From Octopus sinensis (lineage: Eukaryota): a DNA stretch of 64,000 nt. Location of the stretch: contig NC_043000.1 of the NCBI RefSeq assembly GCF_006345805.1, positions 61,318,001 through 61,382,000 on the forward strand, written 5' to 3'. The notes beneath the pieces were generated by a model. That model saw nothing but the letters and a program-made list of their open reading frames with translations, had not been told where the DNA came from and did no database searches. Position numbers and translations under genes: made by a program. Positions 1 through 12,742 of the stretch are shown one piece after another (within the stretch, counting starts at the first letter, position 1; each line of letters starts with the position of its first letter).

Positions 1-275
1 TCGAAAATCTGAGGGGGAATCTGTCAAAAGCTTTCTGATAATCAGTCTATGCGATGTTCAAACATGTTTTTATTCTACAGTCTTCAATTATGGGTTTGGT
101 GTATCACTAAAGGAATTTCACAAGCATATGGTATTTATGGTATCGTTTCTTAAGGCAGGCAATGTATGTGTTAGTGTTTGTAAGTATTGGGGCTTGTTGT
201 TTTTACTGCACGTATTAGGACTGAAGATAATATTCCTCTCTGTAACTCATTCACCTGTCTATCTATCTATCTGTA

Positions 276-407
<132 letters not shown>

Positions 408-413
408 TATATA

Positions 414-471
414 TATTAGAGGGAAACCACTATGTGGACACCCATATGATAGAAATAGATCCGCTACAGTA

Positions 472-545
<74 letters not shown>

Positions 546-615
546 TTATATATTAGAGGGAAACCACTATGTGGACACCCATATGATAGAAATAGATCCG
601 CTACAGTATATATAT

Positions 616-616
<1 letters not shown>
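414..616. repeat. Direct duplication of a ~65 bp cassette (414-479 and 551-616) separated by (TA)n
   Basis: TATTAGAGGGAAACCACTATGTGGACACCCATATGATAGAAATAGATCCGCTACAGTATATATATT occurs twice, offset 137 bp. Confidence 0.95.
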
Positions 617-674
<58 letters not shown>

Positions 675-1604
675 CACATATAATAACACACGCACATTTA
701 TATATATATATTATATATATGTAGAGGTGCGCATCTTGGAAAAAATGCGTGCAATGTACAAAGTTAATATACGCAATGTATGATAATGCTATCATTATTT
801 GAAGTACCTATCGCTATTTCCTGAAAGGCGACTGTATCTATCTTTAAACGTAACCTGTCAATATGTTCACTAAAGTGGCTTTGTATAATTCCAGTTATAC
901 CGATTATGATATTGAATGAACAACACGTTTCTTAACACCCATACTGTCATTAATTCAATGGATAAGTTCATGTAATTTCTAAGTGTTCCAACTGGCTGCT
1001 ACATAAAATTATAGTAATTCACCATTGTGCTGTCGATTATTAACACAGTATTGTCATTTTGATATCTTTATTATGGAAAACAATGTCAAGCTTATTTTAT
1101 GCTATGTTTCGTAGAATTTTCCTCATGTCAGCCAAATCACTTCTCATTCGTATTCCTACATCTTTCGTACACATACACTAAGTCTTACTTTCGTTTATTG
1201 AATACAAAATTGTCCAGTTCTATGGGGCTTCCAAATCATCCGTCCTTCTTGCCTGCCAGCTTCAATTAAGATTATGTTAATTATTGAGAATAGAGTGTGA
1301 ATGGCAGAAATGCTAAGAGCCACGAACTGCCACGTTTTCACTTTAGGAATTTTATTTTATATAACCGTTATAAATGTATCTATAGACTTGGATATATACA
1401 TATATATGTATGCATGTGTGTGTGTTTGTGTGCGTGTGGTAGATGTATTTATGTATTTATATATACATATACACATATATGTATGGATCTACTTATGCAT
1501 TTACATATACGTATACACATACACACACATATAGACAAGAGAAATTATAATAAACACGAGTTTATATCATTTGTTCCTTACGTACGTTCCTACATTAAAG
1601 TCAT

Positions 1605-1645
1605 ATTGAACTTGGAACCTCTGTATTGGAGGTTCCAAGTTCAAT
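1605..1645. other. Perfect 17 bp hairpin with 7 nt loop
   Basis: ATTGAACTTGGAACCTC-TGTATTG-GAGGTTCCAAGTTCAAT. Confidence 0.95.
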
Positions 1646-1681
1646 TGGAAACATAATCACAACAGATCATAAAAACGTTTC

Positions 1682-1867
1682 CTAACGTATTGCAATAAAG
1701 TTTCCCCTTGAGGATCTGTTGTGGACAAGCATCCAACGCAGAGGTTCCAAACAACCACAATTGGGACCAAATGATATAAACTTGTGCTTATCATAATTCC
1801 TCCAACATTCGGCTTTGTATATCATAATCAGTAATACTGCTAAGTATAGTAGTAACCGAGCCATCAT
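1682..1867 (-). CDS. Candidate first coding exon of a secreted protein (signal peptide MMARLLLYLAVLLIMIYKAEC)
   Basis: ATG lies 1 nt after a pyrimidine-rich acceptor (CTTTATCTGATCTGCTTTCAG|T ATG); basic-hydrophobic-AxC N-terminus; possible donor ATAC|GTTAGG near the end; no recognised homolog. Confidence 0.35.
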   Translation of the reverse strand: MMARLLLYLAVLLIMIYKAECWRNYDKHKFISFGPNCGCLEPLRWMLVHNRSSRGNFIAIR

Positions 1868-1958
1868 ACTGAAAGCAGATCAGATAAAGATAGTCTACAT
1901 GGAGCTTTAAACTCAAAGTAACAGTCGCACATCCAGCCGTACACACACTACATATATA

Positions 1959-2001
<43 letters not shown>

Positions 2002-2019
2002 CACACATATATATATATA

Positions 2020-2060
<41 letters not shown>

Positions 2061-3612
2061 GTATATACGTATACACATACACACACATATATATACAGGA
2101 GAAATTATAATAAACACGAGTTTATATCATTTGTTCCTTACGTACGTTTCTACATTGTTCCAGTTATACCGATTATGATATTGAATGATGCACAACACGT
2201 GTCTTAACAGCCATACAATCATTAATTCAATGGTTAAGATCATGGTTAAGTTTACTGAGAATAGAGTGTGAATGTACAAAGTTGAACTGACTATTTTATA
2301 ACCGAGGTCTATGCATCCAGAGTTTTGGAATATTTCTTTATATAAAGATCATATATCCATCTATACTTTCGTCACCACATGTTTATAACGTTGCATGTGC
2401 AGTCGTACTTTTGAATTTAGCTTTATAAAACTGGTGTATTTCCATCCATACTTTGGGGATTGTTTTCTGTATATGCACTCTTACGTTTGAAATTACCCTT
2501 TATATAGCCATTGTATATACTTTCATTTTAAGCGCTGTATATTGCGACCGAATATCTAATAATTCGCGTTCTTTTTTAATTCCACTTGATCTATTTCTCT
2601 TCCACGGCACATTAGAATGCAAAGCCTGGACAAATGCAGCAAATCTCTTATAAATCTGCTAATATATTACTCGAATAACAGTGTCTTCTACAGTAACCAC
2701 AGCACATTTATACGAGAATCCTTATTGCAAGTTTGATGGATGACAGAACAACTTGTAGAGTGGTCCGACTATTAAAACGATTTACTCTCAAATGGTATTA
2801 TCCATGAAGATGTAAATAGTACTGCCGAGAATGAACACCAAACAATTCTATGCTTTCTAAACTGATAACCACCAGATGATCGCTCGATCTGTTAGAAACA
2901 GCACATACTGTTTTAATAACATTGCGTTCTTCAGAATCAATAGTGGGGTGAATTGTGTGATGCTACATGCACTATATCTAAAATTCATCTTATGTCTTTT
3001 CTATCCGGGCTGACATGAAGCAGTTTTCAATAACATCTGCTACGACAACAAAAGGAAGAGCAACAGCAACAACAATAGTAAAAATACTATAATCGGTTGA
3101 GAAACGATCCGATATAACTTATCAAACACTCGCAAACACACATACATACATACACGCGCTCGCACACGTACGCGCTTGTACAAACATATATGTATTATAT
3201 TCACTGAAGCCAGCTCTTCACATTTTCCGTACTCAGCTTCACGGCTCCGACCTTCTGATCATATATTTTATGGGAGAATCGTTGAAATACGAAAGGGTAA
3301 GGGTTAATTTTACTAATTATAACAACACTGCAGCTTCACTATCGAAATCTCGTTCTTGCTTACACTGAGATGTGTGGATGCACGTACGTACTCATATATA
3401 TTGGATGAAGACTTAATGCTCTCGGGATATCTTTCCATGTAATGGGCTATAGGATATTTTATCCATACCTCTGTCCTCCATTTTCCAGCTATTATCCAAC
3501 CATTGCTTTAGCTACACCGCTTACTGTTGAAAACAATGTTATTAGAGTAATACATTAGCAAAATTGTAAGAGACAAAATGTCTTGCTATACTTGTTCAGA
3601 CTCTACCTTGCA

Positions 3613-3720
3613 AGTTAAAATGCCACCCAAGTCAACTCTGTGCTTCATCTCTCCGAGGCGACGATATAAGGAACCAGTCAAGTACCTTATTTTCGAGGCT
3701 ATGTGCCTGTGTTAGAAAGT
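3613..3720 (+). mobile_element. Degenerate SINE fragment, same family as 46445-46598
   Basis: Decayed match to AGTTCAAATT...GAGGTCGACTTT...CTTTCA...AAGTAC...GTGCC. Confidence 0.5.
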
Positions 3721-3782
3721 AATACAAATACATATACATACATATACATATCAGCACACACACACACCACACACACACACAC

Positions 3783-3884
<102 letters not shown>

Positions 3885-5544
3885 TGAATGTGTGGGTGAG
3901 AGAAAGAGAGAGAGAGTGAGAGAGAACTGCTTCTAGATTTATGCTTTAAATTACCTATTTTCTTTTGTCTGTCTATATAAATCGGTTCCTGACAAATAGT
4001 CATATTCACAATTAATTATTTATTGCTTTATAAACGTAAATGGGTGTGTTTGTTTGTATATTTAAGTGAGCATATTTTGTAGTATGTTTGTTTATGGATA
4101 TGTTTGCATATATATATATAAATAACAGTTTGTGAATGTTGGTCTTACATACGCACGCAAACATAGCTTCACACATATCCAGGTTTATTCAATAAAAACA
4201 ATAAGGAAGCAATTGTAAATATAACTATTTGTCCAACAGACGTAAATCGTGGATTCAGAAACATTAACTGAAAAACATGAAATGTTATTTGCAGACGATA
4301 AAGTAAATGGCTAAAACAATCGAAGATTTATATGTAATATTTGTTGAATATGCTCATTTTGAGATCATTTCGACATATTCACACGCCAGTATAATGTCTT
4401 ATATCACAGAATATGAACATGTCAAATAAATTATACTTTACGCTTGAGTCTTCTTGTAAATAATATTTCCAAATTTGTTTTTTTTATTTTCTCTACCGCT
4501 CTTTCTCTTGATCTCTATGTCTCTACTTATCTATCTATCTGTCTCTGTCTGTCTGTCCACGAAAATTTCTTACACACTACAAAGGATAGCATTTAAAAGC
4601 TAAACGATTGTATTTTTTAAATTAAATATACCAACACATACACGCGTGTTCACCTATAAACCCACATTCAATCTTCCCGCTTCCTTAAACATATTCAATT
4701 ATATGCACACGGTCATTCACTAACTTGAAGATGTAACCGTTCTCTGATTATTTATCAAGAAAACTAAAACGTGGATTCAAATTCTCGAGTGTCTTCTTCT
4801 GTACACGGATCATCTACTGTTACAAACAAAATTTTCCCATATATTTCACAAATAGGATTTTTTCCCAATGTGAATAACTTTATAGATAACGGGTTATGAA
4901 ATCACAATGAAAGATTTTTCACTATTTCATGGTAAAACGGGTTTTGGCCCAACGCGTATTCGTAAATGTTTACTATTATATAAATATATATTCTCCAGTT
5001 TTCACAATATGCCACTTCCTCGTTGTGTATATGAAATATTTCATATTTTACGCTTCAAAAATAAGGCTTTAAAAATAATGCTTTCCAGCGATATTCAATA
5101 ATGTTTCCCGTGTTTGTTTAGTAAATGTCTTGCTACGCAAAAGTTTCTCGCCGCTGTATTGACGTATTAAAGTTAGACGCTAAATTCAAGTATGCCTAAT
5201 GTCTGGAAGGTTCATTTACAAATTATATGGTCAGATGTTCAAAGTAGGTAGATTGCAGTGAGAAGAGCTCTGGATCAATCATGGAAAGCTGTATACTAGG
5301 TGCTCATTGTTAAAACCTAGAATACTTGTATCAATGCTGAAAGTAAGCAAAGGTGCCGCAAACATCCCCGAGGAACGTTACATATTATGAATCCCTTTCA
5401 TGTGGTTATTTGCGTATGTTTTACTAAATTGCGAGAACACCTTTAACTGTAAATCTGTGTTAAAATGATATGGTAGCCATGTTTCAAATAATAAATTTAT
5501 GCAGAATTTTCATCATTCTATCAGATCTTTACAGCCGGCTGTCT

Positions 5545-5614
<70 letters not shown>

Positions 5615-5615
5615 G

Positions 5616-5685
<70 letters not shown>

Positions 5686-5729
5686 ATGTGTGTGTGTGTG
5701 TATGTGTTTGTTATATATTATATATATAT

Positions 5730-5774
<45 letters not shown>

Positions 5775-5908
5775 TATATGTATATATGTATATACATATG
5801 TATATATATATATATATAAGTAAGGAAAAATTTTTTTTAAAATGCAGAATGCTCAAATGAAAGAAATTTTAATAAAATGAGAAAATGATAAAATATATAA
5901 ATTATATT

Positions 5909-5949
5909 TATTCAACCGGTTTTCGTCATTGTATGACTTGTCAAGAATA
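5909..5949 (-). ncRNA. Putative minimal type I hammerhead ribozyme, U3-A8 variant (sense to PLE-1)
   Basis: TATTC-TTGACAA-GTCAT/ACA/ATGAC-GAAAA-CCGG-TT-GAATA: helix I, II and palindromic III in order; one extra A in the GAAA strand. Confidence 0.55.
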
Positions 5950-6578
5950 TTTATGTTTTAAGAAGTTATTTTAAAAATTAGAAAGGGGAAAAAAAGAAAT
6001 TGCATTGTTTTTTGTAAAAGAATAATGATAAAAATGTACAAAAATTAAAAAATAAGTTCTCCGATACATTGTGAGTTCGTTGTGTATCTTGAGTTTTATG
6101 GTTGTTTACCAAAAAATTACCTTGAGGTGTTAAGATCCAAAGGATTAAGAGCATGTGATGTGTTGTGTTGTTAAATTCAGCATGTTGCAGGACAGGAAGT
6201 AGTAGTAATTGTGGTCCTGGTTCTTCAGTTCCTGTGTTGTGGGTAAGGGGAGACAACTCTTTTGAGTTCTTCAATAAAACCCAAATTATAAAACTATCAT
6301 TTTAGCTTCATTTGCATTATCTTTTTTATATAATTGCTTGTTAACTTAACTTTCAGATTTTAACACTTTATTTATATTATTTTCTAATAATATAAATCTG
6401 CATAGACATTGCATTTCAAATTGTCATATCATTTATAATAAAAATGATAGTAATAACAACAATAGTAAAAATGATATTTAAAGAATATAAGTTTTAGCTT
6501 GAAGTGATGAATGCATGGTATCTTTATATATTTGTGTTAGTCCATCCATGAAGAGTGAGGTAGAGAAAGGAAGTTTGA

Positions 6579-7585
6579 TCAACGAGGAGTTTGCATATTA
6601 AGTTGTGTTTGGAATTTTTCAATAAAGAGATTCTCCTTGTTAATTCTCTCCTGTGTGGTGATCCCGTCTTTACATTGGTAGAAGGGGAATATATAGAATT
6701 TGGGGTTTAAGTCTTTAGGCACATGAGTCTAAGTGGTCACTCAGTGGAATTTGTCGGTATTCCGGGAGATTTATTTGTTCTTTATGCACCGTTACTCGTT
6801 TACGTAACGGGAGACTCGTTTGTCCAACATAATTATGTTGGCAACCAGCGCATGTGAGAACGTAGATAAGGTTCTCGGAGGAACAGGAGAAGTTAGTCTT
6901 GATTTTAAACTTCGTACCTTGTTTGAAGGTAAATTCAGAGCCTTCAAGTAGAAAGGGGCAGGTACCACAGTTTGAGCGTGCACATTTTTTTACTGTTGGG
7001 GGTGGATGTGGTGTGTGAAGTTTGGCATTTGTCAAGAGTTTTTTTAAAGATTTGTGTTGCCTTTTGCATTTGAGGATTTTGTGTGTATTTATAATGTTTT
7101 TCATTTTTGGGTCTGTTGACAGTAGACTGAGGTTTTGTATGATTGTGGTGTATGCTTCGATATTTTTGGGGTTGTGGGTGGAAATGTATGGAAGTATTTT
7201 GAGGTTGTTGTGTGGTGTTAGGTTGGGTGGTTTTCAGTGTAGTGTTGTCTAGTTCTTTTGCGCGTTTTATTCCATACTCTATAAGGGTGGAGGGATATTG
7301 ACGTTGTAATAGTGTTTTTTTGAGGTCTTGAAGGCGTATTTCTCGTGTTTTTGGATCCGAGACAATGGTGCATACCCTTTTAGCTAAATTGAAAGGGATA
7401 TTTGTCTTGGTGTGTTTTGGGTGGCATGAACTAAAGAGGAGGTATTGTTGTGAGTCTGTAGGTTTATGGTAGATGTCTGTTATGATTTGGTTCTTAGGTG
7501 TTTTTATAATTAGGAGATCAAGGAATGGGAGTTGATGTTTGCTTAATTCCATAGTTAATTGGATGTTGGGATGTATGTTGATGTA
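6579..7585 (-). pseudogene. PLE-1 RT C-terminus, Cys linker and GIY-YIG endonuclease, frameshifted
   Basis: LPFLDL..TDIYHKPTDSQQYLLFSSCHPKH (PLE RT thumb); CARSNCGTC linker; CSSENLIYVLTCAGCQHNYVGQT..RKRVTVH; a 1 nt shift after HLDSCA continues to ERINKENLFIEKFQTQLNMQTPR* (stop 6579-6581). Confidence 0.92.
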
Positions 7586-8065
7586 TGACAATTTGAAATG
7601 CAATTGTCTATGCAGATTTATATTATTAGAAAATAATATAAATAAAGTGTTAAAATCTGAAAGTTAAGTTAACAAGCAATTATATAAAAAAGATAATGCA
7701 AATGAAGCTAAAATGATAGTTTTATAATTTGGGTTTTATTGAAGAACTCAAAAGAGTTGTCTCCCCTTACCCACAACACAGGAACTGAAGAACCAGGACC
7801 ACAATTACTACTACTTCCTGTCCTGCAACATGCTGAATTTAACAACACAACACATCACATGCTCTTAATCCCTTTGGATCTTAACACCTCAAGGTAATTT
7901 TTTTGGTACAAACCATAAAACTCAAGATACACAACGAACTCACAATGTATCGGAGAACTTATTTTTTAATTTTTGTACATTTTTATCATTATTCTTTTAC
8001 AAAAAACAATGCAATTTTCTTTTTTTCCCCTTTCTAATTTTTAAAATAACTTCTTAAAACATAAA

Positions 8066-8106
8066 TATTCTTGACAAGTCATACAATGACGAAAACCGGT
8101 TGAATA
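8066..8106 (+). ncRNA. Putative hammerhead ribozyme, identical copy in the inverted arm of PLE-1
   Basis: Same sequence as 5909-5949 on the opposite strand. Confidence 0.55.
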
Positions 8107-8238
8107 AATATATATTTATATATTTTATCATTTTCTCATTTTATTAAATTTTCTTTCATTTGAGCATTCTGCATTTTTAAAAAAAATTTTTCCTTACTTA
8201 TCATTTCTCACGTGCGGTCAACACAACCCACCATTTAT

Positions 8239-8298
<60 letters not shown>

Positions 8299-8725
8299 GT
8301 GGATATATAATTTGGGAAACAAATTTCCAAATGAATCAGGTGTAATTACAGCGTTATATGCATCTACCTATCGTACTTTGGGGCCTTATTTATCGTATAT
8401 TTATATTTATATATCTATCTATAAATATATACAATATCTGATAAAAGTCTATATTCAATTTTTGGGGATTAATCGATATGCGGGTATTCTATTTCAGATA
8501 ATACGAAAAGAACCTAATGGGTATATCTGATAGTAAACTCATGGTATCAGTTTGCACATCACGAAATTACACTTAAAGAATATTACCTAAATTACCAGCT
8601 ATATAATGTACTTCATTAATTATATCATACTTTAGTTAATACTTATATTTATTAAATATGAAGGACCTACACGTGTTTCAGTATTGGAAGATTACAATAT
8701 ATATGCATATACACAATTGCATACC

Positions 8726-8761
<36 letters not shown>

Positions 8762-8790
8762 ATATATGTATATGTATATATATATATCTA

Positions 8791-8889
<99 letters not shown>

Positions 8890-9260
8890 ATCTATATATA
8901 TATATATATATACATATACGCAATCATCAGATTTACAATTGTCCCAACAGCTCTTTAGGTTATATTTCAAAATATCATATATATAATTTTACAACCCTTT
9001 CAAAATAAGCAATACAATTAAGCATTAAAGATTGAAAATTACGAATAAGAAATTAAGAATAAAAAATTAAGAATAAAAATTATACTTTATAATATTAAGA
9101 ATTAAAATTTTTAAATTATACATTATAAATATGAATTAGTATGTATATATCAAACATGTAAAATCAAGTATATGTCAAATACAGAATGTGAGATATAAGA
9201 TTAAACATATAGAATACACGCATATCAATTAATTCTAAAAAGTTGAACATTGAGTATATC

Positions 9261-9328
<68 letters not shown>

Positions 9329-9477
9329 AGTAGTTGAATGAATTATCCTAGTATGGATAATTCGGTTAACCGATACACGGGTAGCAAATTCACGTCAGAA
9401 AACACGGTTGAAGCTAATTGCCAAGGGCAGAGATCATGTGCTTTCGTGTGGAAAGTTGTGTGTTTTTTTTTACTATA

Positions 9478-9671
9478 AATAAATGAAAGAATGGAGTTGA
9501 ACGACGATTTAACTGACGATTTATGCTGACATAAGTTCCTTGTCTTTCCTAATGAGAAGGCGGCATAATGCACCCTTTATTCCTTCGGAATTAGGAATAT
9601 GCAGTCTTCGAAACATATGTCGAGAATAAAGGAATTTTGTTAATCGTCGTTCAACTCCATTCTTTCATTTA
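9478..9671 (+). mobile_element. Miniature fold-back PLE relic with decayed hammerhead motif (9574-9632)
   Basis: Inverted ends ATAAATGAAAGAATGGAGTTGAACGACGATT(T)AAC at 9478-9512 / 9638-9671; inside, CCTTTATTC...GAAA-CATATG-TC-GAGAATAAAGG; CUGANGA core not intact. Confidence 0.55.
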
Positions 9672-9816
9672 TATATATATATAATATATATATATATATA
9701 GATATATATATATATATCTATATATATATACACACACACTATATATATATATCTATCTATCTATATATATATATTGTTTTTTGATGTAACACATATCCTT
9801 GTGGAAGCTGTTGTGC

Positions 9817-9894
9817 GCGGCTGAAGAAGGCCACAGACATACATTATGCATTGTTATAAATCTGTCTAATAAAGGCCCGAAACATATGTACCGC
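9817..9894 (+). ncRNA. Type I hammerhead ribozyme (PLE-3 copy a)
   Basis: GCGG-CTGAAGA-A-GGCC..long loop..GGCC-C-GAAA-CATATG-TA-CCGC; predicted cleavage after A9890 (GUA). Confidence 0.75.
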
Positions 9895-10107
9895 TGAATC
9901 CTCCCATGCATCATGTTTTTATTTTATATGATATATATATATATATATATATACACATACATATATATTATACACACACACACATATATATATATATATC
10001 TATCTCTATCTATCTATATATATATATTATATATATACGTATATATGTGTATGTATATATATATATATATATATATTTATGTGTATGTATATATATATAT
10101 GTATGTG

Positions 10108-10175
<68 letters not shown>

Positions 10176-10200
10176 AATAAAAACATGATGCAAGGATTCA

Positions 10201-10278
10201 GCGGTACATATGTTTCGGGCCTTTATTAGACAGATTTATAACAATGCATAATGTATGTCTGTGGCCTTCTTCAGCCGC
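10201..10278 (-). ncRNA. Type I hammerhead ribozyme (PLE-3 copy b, antisense)
   Basis: Reverse complement of the copy a motif. Confidence 0.75.
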
Positions 10279-10410
10279 GCCACAACAGCTTCCACAAGGA
10301 CATGTGTTACACCATCAAAATTCTTGGTTGGGGATGCAAATCCTCTCATTCGCGTACGACATAATGGCGGCAGCAGATAGAATTGAAGCGTCCATCTCTT
10401 TCTTCTCTCA

Positions 10411-10745
10411 CCTATATTGGTTGCTCAACCTCCTGGAAATCCAGATACTACAACCACCGGTCCTCGCTGAGACACAGACATAAGCTAACAGCACCTCCCT
10501 CTCTAAAAGAATTTGGGAATTAAAAGACAAATGCATAGCTTCAAACTCAGATGGTCCATCATCGGATCAGCTGCACCTATTTAAATAATAGAGCAGGATC
10601 CAACTATGTTGTGTAGAACTCCTGAACATCTTGAAATTCAAAGACAAACACAATCTATTAACAAAAGGTCAGAGTTCAAACCATCCTGTATACATAAACT
10701 TATTAATACTTTCAAATACTACAAAGCTTAGGTCTTATACCAACT
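10411..10745 (+). pseudogene. Degenerate PLE GIY-YIG endonuclease remnant
   Basis: Read across frameshifts: YIGCST..WKSRYYNHRSSLRH..NSTSLSKRIWELKDK..WSII..LNILKFKDKHNLL..CIHK, collinear with the PLE-2 endonuclease. Confidence 0.75.
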
Positions 10746-12664
10746 CCCCCATGCAATTTCCTCCCACCCGGTGCAACCTGTTCGGCTCCAGCACATCCCG
10801 CTTTCCTATATGTGCGTGTATATGTGTATGTGTGTGTGTATGTGTATGTATGTGCACATGCGTGTACGTATGTGTACATATATATATATATACATGTGCG
10901 TGTGTGTGTGTGTGTGTGTGGGTGTGTGTATGTGCATATACGGTTCCCTGCATTTTCCTCCTATATATACAAATTTTGTCTCCAATATATGACTTCTTTT
11001 CCCTAAATATTTCTTCTCCTACACCCATATCCTCCCTATATAGTCTCTTTAATTCCCTATATCTATACCCTTTCACATTTCTAACTCGGATGTTGAACGC
11101 ACACCGCCAAACTCCACTTCCCACCCTTCCAATTTTCAGTTCCCCCCGCCCGCCCCTACGTTTAACACACACCTCTAACTTTCAACCACCTTCATCTCAT
11201 GTTAAACTTTACCAAATTATATTTTTATCTTATTTTATTTTATTTTTATTTTTACTTTTATTTTTATTTTTATTTTTATTTTTATTTTTACTTTTATCCT
11301 ACGTCCATTTATTTTTATTTTTACTTTTATTCTACTTCCATTTATTCTCATTTTTATTTCCATCCCTTACCTTAACTATTATAATTTTTATAATTCTTAT
11401 ATTTCATTTCTAACTATTACATTGTATTTCTTATTTTATACTGTATTTTTTATTTTTAATTTTTACCCTTACCCTCATTATTACCCCTAACTTATCGCTT
11501 TACACCTCTATATATGTTTATTTACTTACCTATGGATCCACTTTTTGACTATACGAGCGTCCGCGTACGTGTGTATACGCATACATACATATGCACGCGC
11601 ATGTATGTACATGCATACTTCGATATCTTATAGCTATACCCATATGCGCGTGTGTCTCTGTGTGTGTATGTGAGTGTATATGTGCACGCACATACGGACA
11701 CACAGCCGTGTGTGCGTGCACGTATAGACATGAGTACGTGATTTTTTACATACGTTCTTATATACATCCTTTAATATCTTATACCTAGACCTAGAGGCGT
11801 GGGCATATACGTGTGTGTATGTAGCGATGGGCGCGCGTATGTACATGTGAGTGTGTACGCGTATGGTGTCCGTGTATACATGCGGATATTCTGTTGTATG
11901 TATGTGTACGCGCGTGCGTGTGGGTGCGTGTGTGTTTATGTACATGTGTTTATGTACATGTTTACACGCGAGTGCGTGTGTATGCTTATAGGCTTGGAGG
12001 CGTATATGCACGCGTGTATGTGGGTGTATGTATCCATGATGATATGTATGTACTAGAAGTCCATTTAATTCAAGGAACCTGATTAAATGCTCATCAGCTC
12101 TGATTTACAACACATTAGGTCCCCAGACGAAACTGTTGATTTACTGACAATTCTACAACTAAATTTTATCAATCTCCTGACCACCATGCTTGGTCCGTAA
12201 CCTCTATACATCCCTTATCTTTACATTCTTTTACACTTTTATCATGTTTTTATCATGTTTTTTTACTTTTATTTCTATTTCTATTTTTACTTTATAACCT
12301 TATGCCTTTACATTTATTATATTTCTTTATATTCCTTTATATTCTTTATACCCCCTTTACATCTCCTTATAACTCTTTATATCTTTATGCTCTACATTTT
12401 TTTTATTTTTCTATAACTTACACTTTTTACATTTTTCTATCTCCCTCGTCCCGAATTCTCGCCCCTCCATCTTCACCTCTATATATGTATTTATTTATTT
12501 ACATTACCTCAACATCCAATTTTCTCATTCTACATTGAGAGAAGAAGAGATGGACGCTTCAATTCTATGCTGCTGCCGCATTATGTCGTACGCGAATGAG
12601 AGGATTTTCATCCCCAACCAAGAATTTTTGATGTAACACATGTCCTTTGTGGAAGCTGTTGTGC

Positions 12665-12742
12665 GCGGCTGAAGAAGGCCACAGACATACATTATGCATT
12701 GTTATATATCTGTCTAATAAAGGGCCGAAACATATGTACCGC
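12665..12742 (+). ncRNA. Type I hammerhead ribozyme (PLE-3 copy c, best-formed)
   Basis: GCGG-CTGAAGA-A-GGCC..GGCC-GAAA-CATATG-TA-CCGC: full core, 4 bp helix I, extended helix II, palindromic helix III; predicted cleavage after A12738. Confidence 0.85.

Larger units (their letters stand above)
861..2290. repeat. Cluster of rearranged, diverged segments related to the 1682-1867 minus-strand ORF
   Basis: CCAGTTATACCGATTATGATATTGAATGA at ~890 and ~2160; AGAAATTATAATAAACACGAGTTTATATCATTTGTTCCTTACGTACG at ~1540 and ~2100; GAGAATAGAGTGTGAATG at ~1286 and ~2257; 1543-1577 is an imperfect reverse complement of 1764-1798. Confidence 0.8.
5818..8199 (-). mobile_element. PLE-1: 5'-truncated Penelope-like element with an inverted copy of its 3' end (fold-back)
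   Basis: ~610 bp near-identical inverted arms (5818-6428 / 7585-8199) enclose RT-thumb and GIY-YIG coding sequence; (TA)n on both sides. Confidence 0.92.

Noticed and set aside
82-178. Possible plus-strand exon (TTCTACAG acceptor, TTT|GTAAGT donor, [16 protein letters not shown]..)
   Set aside because: No recognisable homology or partner exon; such signals are frequent by chance in AT-rich DNA.
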